Source: Candidatus Jorgensenbacteria bacterium RIFCSPHIGHO2_02_FULL_45_20
Lineage (GTDB): Bacteria > Patescibacteriota > Minisyncoccia > UBA6257 > GWB1-50-10
Length of the DNA stretch: 36,987 nt
Reading direction: 5' to 3'
NCBI GenBank assembly: GCA_001779535.1
Contig: MFKJ01000010.1
Coordinates: 1-36,987, forward strand
In this document: piece by piece, positions 1 to 7,514 of the stretch
Layout: each line of letters opens with the position of its first letter
Position numbering within the stretch: the first letter of the stretch is position 1
The notes under the pieces: model-generated
Seen by the model: only the letters and a program-made list of their open reading frames with translations
Databases searched by the model: none
Told to the model about the DNA's origin: nothing
Program-made: the position numbers and the translations under genes

Positions 1-87
1 GCACAAGAAAAAAAACAGCAAGTATTAAGCACTGCAAACAACCTAAATCAGGAATAATGAATTATGAATGACCGATTAGTGAGGGTT

Positions 88-121
88 GGACGTCCGACGT
101 CATACACGACGTCGGACGTCC
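88..121 (+). terminator. Perfect 14-bp-arm palindrome (GGACGTCCGACGTC-atacac-GACGTCGGACGTCC) followed by a T-rich tract. Candidate intrinsic terminator of a gene entering from the left edge.
   Basis: Arms are exact reverse complements. TTATATTTATT follows. An open + frame from position 1 stops at 55-57. Confidence 0.45.
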
Positions 122-151
122 TTATATTTATTCACGTCATAAGAAAAACAC

Positions 152-180
152 TGGACATACGCGTGTTTTAGTGGTATAAT
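152..180 (+). promoter_or_regulatory. Sigma70-like promoter with extended -10
   Basis: TGGACA (152-157), 17-nt spacer, TGgTATAAT (172-180). It lies 68 nt upstream of the ATG at 249. Confidence 0.5.
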
Positions 181-248
181 TATAGATAGTAAAACTTGAT
201 AATTCAAGCTTTGTAACCTTTTACGATTTACATTACAAGGAGAGAAAA

Positions 249-476
249 ATGAAACTGAAACGTTATGTTGTAATGTTTATTGCGATGCTGGCAGTGGTCG
301 TCCAGCAAAGCTGTGGAGTGTTGTGTGAGGGAGGGGGTTGGGAAAAGAATGTCACCCCTACTCACCCTACTCTATGGTGGCCACAATGGTTACCGATTGT
401 GGCAATGGTTTTTCTGTTATTTGCTAGACGAAGATTGGTGAGTTTTTTTCACAGATTTGTTTCATTTCGCTCATAA
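249..476 (+). CDS. Small predicted membrane/secreted protein (75 aa), family unknown
   Basis: AAGGAGAG (237-244) lies 6 nt before the ATG. It has its own promoter and terminator. There is an N-terminal hydrophobic signal-like segment, and a C-terminal TM (LPIVAMVFLLF) followed by ARRR. Confidence 0.45.
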   Translation: MKLKRYVVMFIAMLAVVVQQSCGVLCEGGGWEKNVTPTHPTLWWPQWLPIVAMVFLLFARRRLVSFFHRFVSFRS

Positions 477-485
477 TTAATCACA

Positions 486-515
486 CTCCGCGCGCCCGCG
501 CGGAGTTTGCTTTTA
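486..515 (+). terminator. Intrinsic terminator of the small + strand gene
   Basis: CTCCGCGCG (486-494) pairs with CGCGCGGAG (497-505), followed by TTTGCTTTT. Confidence 0.6.
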
Positions 516-615
516 TATATTCGCTTTGAATTTATTCAGTCCGCCAGCTGATAAATTAAAACTTTGTTTTCAGGTTTTTATCTTGGGTTCTCTTTATTAA
601 ATCCCCGCTCTAACA

Positions 616-644
616 CCCCGCCGCTTGCGGTGCGGTTATTCATT
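616..644. repeat. Copy of a GC-hairpin module (CCCCGCCGCTTGCGGTGCGGTTATTCATT), paralogous to 23810-23838
   Basis: About 27/29 identity with the hairpin plus stop-codon region at the 3' end of the glycerate kinase gene. Confidence 0.6.
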
Positions 645-700
645 TCTTTCATTCGAAATTCATTCGAAATTCACCCGTCTGCGCAGGTAGGCCAGCTATA

Positions 701-835
701 CCGTAGCTTCGGTGTAGGTTTTGGATTTCGGAATTTAAACATTTAGATTTATTTAGGATTTGGATATTAGGGTTTAGGATTTTTGCTTGTACAATACTTA
801 CTACTTTATACTCGATACTTTATACACTTATATTC
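701..835. repeat. Intergenic mosaic repeat with 7-nt periodicity (about 17 heptads from 717), paralogous to 16058-16141 and 30941-31110
   Basis: Heptads GGTTTTG GATTTCG GAATTTA ... TTTAGGA TTTGGAT ATTAGGG TTTAGGA ... ATACTTA CTACTTT ATACTCG ATACTTT ATACACT. The alignment to the other copies is visible by eye. Confidence 0.75.
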
Positions 836-863
836 TCCCAATTTTTATTTTTCAATTTTGCGC

Positions 864-1634
864 TTACTTCGTAAGCACTTCCGCCCCTTCTTCCGTAATC
901 GCCACAGTGTGCTCGAAGTGCGCGCTCACGCTTCCGTCTTTAGTCGCGAAGCTTTCGTCCGGTAGTTCAATTATTTCATCTGAACCGGCGGCGAACATCG
1001 GCTCAATCGCCAGCACCATTCCCTCCATAAGTTTTATCCCGGTTCCCTTTTTGCCGAAATTATACACCATTGGCTCTTCGTGCACTTTGAATCCGACCCC
1101 GTGTCCGGTGAGTCCTCTTACAACCGAGACATTGCTTCGCTTCGCGCGCGCCTCTATCGCGTACCCTATGTCTCCGAGATGCTTGCCCGGCACGCACTCG
1201 CCTATCCCGTCGTAAAGCGCTTCTTCAGTCGCCTCTACGAGTTTCAGCAATTTATCCGGCAGTTTTCCAACACCCACAGTCGCGGCGGCGTCTGTTATTC
1301 GTCCTTTATATTCGACTCCTATGTCTATTTTCACTACATCGCCTTCGCGTATCCTGCGCTCGCCTGGAACTCCGTGCACTATCTTGTTGTTTATCGAAAT
1401 ACAAATAGCGGCCGGGTACGCTCTCAAAGTGCCTTCGGGGCGGTAGTTTAAGAAAGCCGGCCGCGCGCCGCGTTCTTTAAGCATCTCGCGGGCAAGCGCG
1501 TCAAGCGAACGCGTTTTGACTCCCGTCTGAACGTTTTTTTTCAGCTCGTTCAAAACAAAGGCCAGTATGGCCCCTGACTCGCGAAGCGTTTTTATATCCT
1601 CCTTCGTCTTAATTATTTGCGAAAAACTTTTCAC
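864..1634 (-). CDS. map: Methionine aminopeptidase, type I
   Basis: 256 aa with MetAP motifs (VHGVPG, DIGVEYKGRITD, GHGVG, EPM). GTG start overlaps the adk stop. Conserved position after adk. Confidence 0.9.
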   Translation of the reverse strand: MKSFSQIIKTKEDIKTLRESGAILAFVLNELKKNVQTGVKTRSLDALAREMLKERGARPAFLNYRPEGTLRAYPAAICISINNKIVHGVPGERRIREGDVVKIDIGVEYKGRITDAAATVGVGKLPDKLLKLVEATEEALYDGIGECVPGKHLGDIGYAIEARAKRSNVSVVRGLTGHGVGFKVHEEPMVYNFGKKGTGIKLMEGMVLAIEPMFAAGSDEIIELPDESFATKDGSVSAHFEHTVAITEEGAEVLTK

Positions 1635-2311
1635 GAAAGTTTAAGCGCGGCAGAAATCGCTTTATGCACTTTATACGGGGCAGGAATTCCATTTATTGTC
1701 TTCACCGTGTATTTTTTGCGCTTCGCCGCGGCAATAATCGGAAGCGTCTTGTTCCTGTATTCTTTGAGGCGTTCTAAAATCACCTTCGGAGCATCAAGCG
1801 TTCTCCGGCGCAACGCTCCGGCGCAAAACGCGCACTTGTTCCCGCCGGCGTCAGCGAGGCGAGGCAAACCGCAAACACCGCACACAAAACGCGCGCTGTT
1901 CCTTTTTAGCGATTCCTTGTCTGTTGTTTTAAGCTGAATAATTGTAATATTTTTCTTACCGTACGTCTTGGACAGAAAACTAAGCAACCCTTCGGTTTTT
2001 TTATCGCCAAACGCTTCTGTAATCGTCCGCGGCGAACCGCTGAACACGACGCTGTACCCGCCTTTCCATATTCCTTCCGTCTTTTTCTTCATCACGTCCA
2101 GCACGAACGACGTAGTCATAAGTTTTCCGCTGTCAAAAGACGCTTTTTCTCTCTTCAGAACTTTGTCCTTCCGCGCCTCCGGAGAATTGACAAGCGCCTC
2201 CAAAAACCGTCCTGTGTCAAAATGAATGAAATTATATCTCTTCGCAAGCAACTCCGCCTGCGTTCCCTTGCCCGCCCCCGGCGCCCCGTAAATGATAATA
2301 GCTTTTTCCAT
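1631..2311 (-). CDS. adk: Adenylate kinase with a 4-Cys zinc lid
   Basis: P-loop GAPGAGKGTQ. Lid is CGVCG...CAFCAG. I chose the ATG at 2311 (MEKAIIIYG) over the TTG at 2335. Confidence 0.85.
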   Translation of the reverse strand: MEKAIIIYGAPGAGKGTQAELLAKRYNFIHFDTGRFLEALVNSPEARKDKVLKREKASFDSGKLMTTSFVLDVMKKKTEGIWKGGYSVVFSGSPRTITEAFGDKKTEGLLSFLSKTYGKKNITIIQLKTTDKESLKRNSARFVCGVCGLPRLADAGGNKCAFCAGALRRRTLDAPKVILERLKEYRNKTLPIIAAAKRKKYTVKTINGIPAPYKVHKAISAALKLS

Positions 2312-2353
2312 ATATGGATTATACACTAAAAACAATTTTAAATTTTGAAACTC

Positions 2354-2528
2354 GAATTTTGAGTGAAATTCGAATGAAAGAATGATGGTTCGACTTCGCT
2401 CACCACAAAACGAAACAAAAAGAATGGGATTTATTCAGAATGGTTATTCTGTGTTTAAGTAATTAATTATTTCGAAATTGATTCGAAATTCAAAATTCAT
2501 AATTCGAAATTCCCTCTCTATTCTACCC
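2354..2528. repeat. Long intergenic repeat, copy 1 (secY-adk spacer), paralogous to 28079-28226
   Basis: GAATTTTGAGTGAAATTCGAATGAAAGAAT ... TTATTCAGAATGGTTATTCTGTGTTTAAGTAATT ... TTCGAAATTGATTCGAAATTCAAAATT is shared. It has a 28-nt extra segment (2384-2411) relative to copy 2. Confidence 0.8.
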
Positions 2529-2543
2529 ACTACTCATTTCCAA

Positions 2544-3812
2544 TCAAAATTTATCATATTCCCTTATAGTGAGCTGTGACTCTATCTGTTTCATCACCTC
2601 AAGCGCCACGGCAACGACTATAAGAAGTCCAGTGCCTCCCAAGGTAAGCGACTTTATGCCGGTGAACATTCGCGTAATATTCGGCAGAATGGCTATCACG
2701 CCGAGAAACACGGCGCCGAAAAGCGTAATGCGGTGGACTGTTTTAGATATAACTTCCGCGGTTGCCTGCCCGGGGCGTATGCCGGGAATAAAGCCGCCGC
2801 TCTTCTGAAGGTTCTTCGATATTTCATCAGGGTCGAAAGTAATCGCCGTGTAAAAATAGGTGAATATGACGACCAAAATGAAATACAGGACGCTGTAAAT
2901 TATCTGATTGTTGAAAAAATAATTCACTATTCCATTCACGCGATACGACAAATCCGGCGACAAAATGGATATTATCTGCGCGAAAAACTGCGGAAAAAGC
3001 AGAAGGGAAATCGCGAATATTATAGGGATGACTCCGGCCTGGTTCACGCGGAGAGGAAGATATGTTGAAACGCCGCCGTACATTTTGTTGCCGCGCACCT
3101 GCTTGGCGTATGAAACCGGCACTTTCCGTTCGCCCTCGTTTACAAAAACAACTCCCGCTATAACGACTATGCTTAAAACTATAAAGATGAGATAGGTTGG
3201 CAGTTCGGCCGGCGTGTAAGTAAGCGCGCCGGCGGAAAACATCTGCGGAATCCTACTCACTATTCCGGCAAAAATCAGGAGTGAAACGCCGTTCCCTATC
3301 TTATATTCGGAAATCAGTTCCCCTATCCACATCAAAAGCACGCTTCCCGCCGTTACTATTATCACGTTCGTTACCATCTGCGCGAGCGGAAGCGGGTCGA
3401 GCACTTTCTGCGAAATCAAAAGATTCAAAAAACTGTATCCCTGAAGCGCCGCGAGAGGAACGGTAAGAAATCGCGACGTGCGGTTGAATTTCGCCCTCCC
3501 TTCCGCGCCTTCTTCATAGTATGCCTTTTTTAAGCTCGGAAAAACTATCGTGAGAAGCTGCATTATGATGGTCGCGGTGATGTAAGGACCTACCCCGAGC
3601 ATAACGAGCGACAAACTGCTTAGTCCGCCGCCGGAAAAAAGGTCCAACAGCCCGAGAAGCTGGCTTGAACCGAAAAACTCGCTAAGGCGTCCGGTGTCTA
3701 TGCCTGGAATCGGTATCGCGGCGAGAATTCTGAAGGCAACAAGAAGAAGCGACACCATAAGTATTTTTCTCCTTAAATCGGGTATCTTGAAAATTTCAAG
3801 AAATTTGTTCAT
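2544..3812 (-). CDS. secY: Preprotein translocase subunit SecY
   Basis: 422 aa, 10-TM profile, SecY-type N-terminus (IPDLRRKILMVSLLLVAFRILAAIPIPGID). Conserved position after rplO. Confidence 0.95.
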   Translation of the reverse strand: MNKFLEIFKIPDLRRKILMVSLLLVAFRILAAIPIPGIDTGRLSEFFGSSQLLGLLDLFSGGGLSSLSLVMLGVGPYITATIIMQLLTIVFPSLKKAYYEEGAEGRAKFNRTSRFLTVPLAALQGYSFLNLLISQKVLDPLPLAQMVTNVIIVTAGSVLLMWIGELISEYKIGNGVSLLIFAGIVSRIPQMFSAGALTYTPAELPTYLIFIVLSIVVIAGVVFVNEGERKVPVSYAKQVRGNKMYGGVSTYLPLRVNQAGVIPIIFAISLLLFPQFFAQIISILSPDLSYRVNGIVNYFFNNQIIYSVLYFILVVIFTYFYTAITFDPDEISKNLQKSGGFIPGIRPGQATAEVISKTVHRITLFGAVFLGVIAILPNITRMFTGIKSLTLGGTGLLIVVAVALEVMKQIESQLTIREYDKF

Positions 3813-3821
3813 AACAGTTTC

Positions 3822-4247
3822 TTACTCGGACACTGTGCCGCCGGCAGACAATATCTTCTTTTTGGCACTTTCGGAAACACGGAGACCGATGATTTTGAAG
3901 GCCTTTTTCACGTCGCCGTCTCCTAAAATCTTGAGTTGGATACCCGAACTTTTTACCACCCTGTGTTTCAAAAACGTTTTTTTTGAGATAACCGTCTCAT
4001 TTTTGAAGGTTTTATCCAGGTCGCCAACATTCAATACAAACATTTTCGGTGTTCTGATTTTATTTTTGACTCCGCGCAACTTCGGGATTTTGGACAAAAT
4101 ATCCCTTTCAGCCGGGCGTATTCTGTGCCCCGCGCGCGCTTTTTGCCCTTTTTGTCCGCGCCCCGAAGTAGTGCCGCGTTTGCCGCCGCGCCCTATTCTT
4201 TTTTTATTCTTACGCGGACTGGTTTGTCTTATTTCTTGTATAAACAT
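3822..4247 (-). CDS. rplO: 50S ribosomal protein L15
   Basis: KKRIGRGGKRGTTSGRGQKGQKARAG. The ATG at 4247 gives the canonical distance to the GRG motif. The 4286 start would overlap rpsE. Confidence 0.9.
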   Translation of the reverse strand: MFIQEIRQTSPRKNKKRIGRGGKRGTTSGRGQKGQKARAGHRIRPAERDILSKIPKLRGVKNKIRTPKMFVLNVGDLDKTFKNETVISKKTFLKHRVVKSSGIQLKILGDGDVKKAFKIIGLRVSESAKKKILSAGGTVSE

Positions 4248-4263
4248 AAATTTTATGTGCAAT

Positions 4264-4773
4264 TTATTCTTCGGCGTTTCCGGCATCCGGCTCTCTTTCT
4301 TCCGACGTCTTCGCCCTGCTTTTCAACTTCTTTATGGCTTCCATTGTCGCCATCGCGTTCGTCAGTTTATTTGTCGTCCTCCCTAATATCTTGGCCGAAA
4401 CGTCCTTTACTCCGAGAAGTTCAAGCACGGCTCGCACCGAGCCGCCGGCTATAAGGCCATGTCCTTCGCGCGCCGGTTTAAGCCGCACGCGCGCCGCGCT
4501 GTATTTCGCCTCCACGTCATAAGGCAACGTCCTTCCGGCAAAAAGCTCCACTTTTATCATCTTTTTCTCCGCCTGGCGTTTGGCTTTTTCAACGGCGGAG
4601 GCCACGTCGAGTCCTTTGGCCATTCCTATTCCGACCCTTCCCTTTCTGTCTCCTGAAACCACGGTCGCGCGGAAACTGAAACGCTTGCCCCCGGCAACAA
4701 CGCGGGTAACACGCCTGATTTCAAGAGTTCTTTCGTCAAACTCGCTTTTTCTTTGCTTAAAAAATGGTTTCAT
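4264..4773 (-). CDS. rpsE: 30S ribosomal protein S5
   Basis: 169 aa. RRVTRVVAGGKRFSFRATVVSGD and GLIAGGSVRAVLELLGVKD. Confidence 0.95.
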   Translation of the reverse strand: MKPFFKQRKSEFDERTLEIRRVTRVVAGGKRFSFRATVVSGDRKGRVGIGMAKGLDVASAVEKAKRQAEKKMIKVELFAGRTLPYDVEAKYSAARVRLKPAREGHGLIAGGSVRAVLELLGVKDVSAKILGRTTNKLTNAMATMEAIKKLKSRAKTSEEREPDAGNAEE

Positions 4774-4783
4774 TGGTTTGTTG

Positions 4784-5140
4784 TTAGAAAATCAATTTGC
4801 TTTCGCGAGCGCCTTCCGCGAGCGCTTTTACCCGTCCGTGATATTTATACCTTCCGCGGTCGAACACGGCTTTGGTGATGCCCGACTTTAAGGCCTTTTC
4901 AGCAATCATTTTGCCGACCTCTTTTGCGGCTTCAAGCTTGCTTTTTTTACTTCCTTTAATTTCATTGGAAGAAGCCGAAACAAGCGTTTTGCCCGTCGAA
5001 TCATCAATAAGCTGGGCGTATGTCTGTGTGTTGCTTCTGAAAACCGAAAGGCGCGGGGCGTCTTTCGTGCCCTTTCCTATGGTTTTTCTTATTTTCGCCG
5101 CGCGGCGGTTTTTCTTCGCGTTATAACTTTTTTTGTCCAT
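4784..5140 (-). CDS. rplR: 50S ribosomal protein L18
   Basis: 118 aa. [19 protein letters not shown] and [21 protein letters not shown]. Confidence 0.9.
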   Translation of the reverse strand: MDKKSYNAKKNRRAAKIRKTIGKGTKDAPRLSVFRSNTQTYAQLIDDSTGKTLVSASSNEIKGSKKSKLEAAKEVGKMIAEKALKSGITKAVFDRGRYKYHGRVKALAEGARESKLIF

Positions 5141-5153
5141 ATTTTTATTTCTT

Positions 5154-5708
5154 TTACGAAGCGGAAGCGCTTGTAGTGCTCTTCTTTCCGGCTTTTCTTC
5201 TTACAACCTCATCGGAATATCTGAATCCCTTGCCCTTGTACGGTTCGGCTTTTTTCATGGCGCGGATCTCCGCCGCCACTTTTCCGACGAGCGCCTTGTC
5301 GGTTCCTTTTATTTTTAGAATGGAGTTTTTTTCAATCTCGAATGAAATGCCAGGCGTCTTCGGATACAACACCGGATGGGAAAATCCGATATGGAGCGTA
5401 AGTCCGTCTCCGTCTTCCATTATACGGAATCCGACACCTTCAAGTATGAGTGTTTTTTCAAATCCCTTGGTAAGCCCGATAACCGCGTTCGCCGTAAGAG
5501 CTTTCAACGTCCCCCAGTTGCTGCGCGCTTGTTGGGAATTTCTGAATGTTTCAAAAGAAAGCGACGAGCCGCTCAAAACAGGCCTTACTCCGTCTAAAAT
5601 TTTGACTTTGGCTTCCCCCGCCGCGCTTTTCAAAACTATATCGAAATCGGTTACCGATGCCGTTATTCCGTTCGGTATCTCAATTATTTGTTTCCCTATT
5701 TTGCTCAT
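5154..5708 (-). CDS. rplF: 50S ribosomal protein L6
   Basis: [15 protein letters not shown]-terminus, LEGVGFR, KGKGFRY. I chose the ATG at 5708 over the longer ORF start. Confidence 0.9.
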   Translation of the reverse strand: MSKIGKQIIEIPNGITASVTDFDIVLKSAAGEAKVKILDGVRPVLSGSSLSFETFRNSQQARSNWGTLKALTANAVIGLTKGFEKTLILEGVGFRIMEDGDGLTLHIGFSHPVLYPKTPGISFEIEKNSILKIKGTDKALVGKVAAEIRAMKKAEPYKGKGFRYSDEVVRRKAGKKSTTSASAS

Positions 5709-5740
5709 ATATAGATGTATGTTTACTTTGAGGTTTATCC

Positions 5741-6112
5741 CTACCAAATTTCAAACAGTGTCTGTCCGCCTAGTTTATTTTTTTTTGCCCTGACTCCCGA
5801 CATTATTCCTTTCGGAGTCGAAACCATCATAATTCCATGCCCGCTCTTAACGGGCTTGAATTTTTTATAACCACCGTACCTTCTGACCGACGGGCGGCTT
5901 AAAAACTTTATGCCCTCTATCGGCCTGTCCTTCGAAAACGAAACTTCAATGATTTTTTTCGGCGGGCGTCCTTTTATGTCCATTTTCTTCACGAACCCGT
6001 ACCGCTTCAGTTCTTCAAGAACAGCGTAATCCATTCTCGAATAGCGGGTTTTAAGCGAGCGTTTGCCGGAGCGTTCCGCATTTTTGATTTTTATCAAAAG
6101 GTCTATATACAT
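5741..6112 (-). CDS. rpsH: 30S ribosomal protein S8
   Basis: 123 aa. LLIKIKNAERSGK, IMMVSTPKGIMSG and a GGQTLFEIW C-terminus. Confidence 0.9.
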   Translation of the reverse strand: MYIDLLIKIKNAERSGKRSLKTRYSRMDYAVLEELKRYGFVKKMDIKGRPPKKIIEVSFSKDRPIEGIKFLSRPSVRRYGGYKKFKPVKSGHGIMMVSTPKGIMSGVRAKKNKLGGQTLFEIW

Positions 6113-6124
6113 ATATTTTTATCG

Positions 6125-6310
6125 CTACCAGCTTGATTTTTTGATTCCGGGAATGTCCCCATTGCTCGCCAGCTCGCGGAAGCAGATTCTGCAAACGTTG
6201 AAATCGCGCATATAGCCGCGCTTTCTTCCGCACCTGAAACAGCGGCGCACAATCCGACTTGAAAATTTCGGTTTCTTGCGCGAACGGGCTATTGTAGATT
6301 TTTTAGCCAT
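6125..6310 (-). CDS. rpsN: 30S ribosomal protein S14, short zinc-binding (type Z) form
   Basis: 61 aa. [23 protein letters not shown] carries two CxxC pairs. Confidence 0.9.
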   Translation of the reverse strand: MAKKSTIARSRKKPKFSSRIVRRCFRCGRKRGYMRDFNVCRICFRELASNGDIPGIKKSSW

Positions 6311-6313
6311 AAA

Positions 6314-6850
6314 TCAGCTTTTTAATGGTACATTCGACGACCTGTAAAAATCAATTGCTTTGTCTCTGTTTTTCACAATAGGCACGATTGTAATTTGAAA
6401 TCCGAAACTGGTGGTTGAACGGTCGGCGTCAATCTCCGGAAACACGTATTGATCGCGGAACCCGACATTCAAATTGCCCATCTTATCAACGCATCCGGTA
6501 TCAATCCCGCGAAAATCTTTTACTCTTGGAAAAATTATGTTATTTAATTTTATAAAAAAATCGTTCATTTTTTTCCCGCGGAGCGTTATCTGGATGCCCA
6601 CGGCATCGCCTTCGCGTATCTTAAAATTTGAAATGGATATTTTGGCACGTCTCACGGCTCCGCGCTGCCCGGCGATAAGCGCGAGTTCGTTCATAATTTC
6701 CGGCAAAACCTTGTCTTTGAAATGCGGAACCTGCGACAATCTTCCGATGCCTGCATTTATAACTATTTTCTCTAAAAATTTGTTGCTCATATACGTATTA
6801 TTCCCCGTGTATTTTTTGTTTATATCGCCGCTCCGCACTTCCGGCAACAT
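6314..6850 (-). CDS. rplE: 50S ribosomal protein L5
   Basis: EKIVINAGIG and FRGIDTGCVDKMGNLNVGFRDQYVFPEI. The upstream NNTYMSNKFLEKIV aligns with the conserved N-xx-M-xxxxx-EKI of L5, so the ATG at 6850 is used. It overlaps rplX by 31 nt. Confidence 0.85.
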   Translation of the reverse strand: MLPEVRSGDINKKYTGNNTYMSNKFLEKIVINAGIGRLSQVPHFKDKVLPEIMNELALIAGQRGAVRRAKISISNFKIREGDAVGIQITLRGKKMNDFFIKLNNIIFPRVKDFRGIDTGCVDKMGNLNVGFRDQYVFPEIDADRSTTSFGFQITIVPIVKNRDKAIDFYRSSNVPLKS

Positions 6851-7119
6851 CTTGTTTTTTTTCCGTCTTCAATGCGGTATTGTTCCCTAACCGCCCTGTT
6901 GCACGAAGAGCATACAACCATTGCGTTCGAAACGTCAAACGGGCGTATAATGGAAACGACCTCGCCCTTTTCTCCCTGCCTTTTCGGCTTGGAATGTTTT
7001 TTGTAAACATTCACGCCCTCGACCGTTATTTTCCCGGCGCGCGTATCAAAACGGAGAATCTTGCCTGTTTTGCCTCTGTCTTTGCCGCTTATTATTTTTA
7101 CCGTATCGCCTTTTTTCAT
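6820..7119 (-). CDS. rplX: 50S ribosomal protein L24, with a C-terminal 4-Cys ribbon
   Basis: MKKGDTVKIISGKDRGKTGKI KOW motif. C-terminus has CSSC...CRKC. Confidence 0.9.
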   Translation of the reverse strand: MKKGDTVKIISGKDRGKTGKILRFDTRAGKITVEGVNVYKKHSKPKRQGEKGEVVSIIRPFDVSNAMVVCSSCNRAVREQYRIEDGKKTRCCRKCGAAI

Positions 7120-7145
7120 AATTATTTTGTATATAGAAGAAGAGG

Positions 7146-7511
7146 TTATACCAACTCTTCGGCAAGCGACGCTATTGTGTCATATCCTTTTTCTTTTATC
7201 TCTCTCGGAATCGGACCGAAAATCCTTGTCGCGCGCGGTTCTTTCTTGTCGAGAATAACGGCGGCATTATCGTCAAAACGCACGTAAGAACCGTCTTTGC
7301 GCCTGAGGGGAAAGCGGCCGCGGACCACAAGCGCGCGCACCTTTTCTTTCTTTTTCACTGCTTTTCTCGGTTCAGCCGACTGAACAGATGCGACTATGAC
7401 GTCCCCTATCTTCGCGTATCTTTTTCTCGTTCCGCCAAGCACGCGGAAACAGCGGATAAACTTAGCTCCGGAATTGTCTGCGACCGCCAATATCGAGCGT
7501 TCCTGTATCAT
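7146..7511 (-). CDS. rplN: 50S ribosomal protein L14
   Basis: 121 aa. MIQERSILAVADNSGAK and RFDDNAAVIL. Confidence 0.95.
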   Translation of the reverse strand: MIQERSILAVADNSGAKFIRCFRVLGGTRKRYAKIGDVIVASVQSAEPRKAVKKKEKVRALVVRGRFPLRRKDGSYVRFDDNAAVILDKKEPRATRIFGPIPREIKEKGYDTIASLAEELV

Positions 7512-7514
7512 ATA

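Noticed and set aside
1-57. Partial + strand reading frame (AQEKKQQVLSTANNLNQE-stop) at the left edge
   Set aside because: It is too short (18 codons) to support as a CDS. It is used only as context for the downstream palindrome/terminator.
2385-2412. GGTTCGACTTCGCTCACCACA, resembling a tRNA T-arm plus CCA end
   Set aside because: The flanking sequence cannot form a T-stem (GATGG against TCGCT) or an acceptor stem. It is the 28-nt extra segment of repeat copy 1, and at most a tRNA-derived fragment.
3694-4386. 230-aa + strand ORF
   Set aside because: It lies antisense to secY, rplO and rpsE, all of which carry unmistakable conserved motifs. Its product is low-complexity with no motif. This is a typical shadow ORF.
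5176-5793. 205-aa + strand ORF
   Set aside because: It lies antisense to rplF/rpsH and has no recognisable motif. Shadow ORF.
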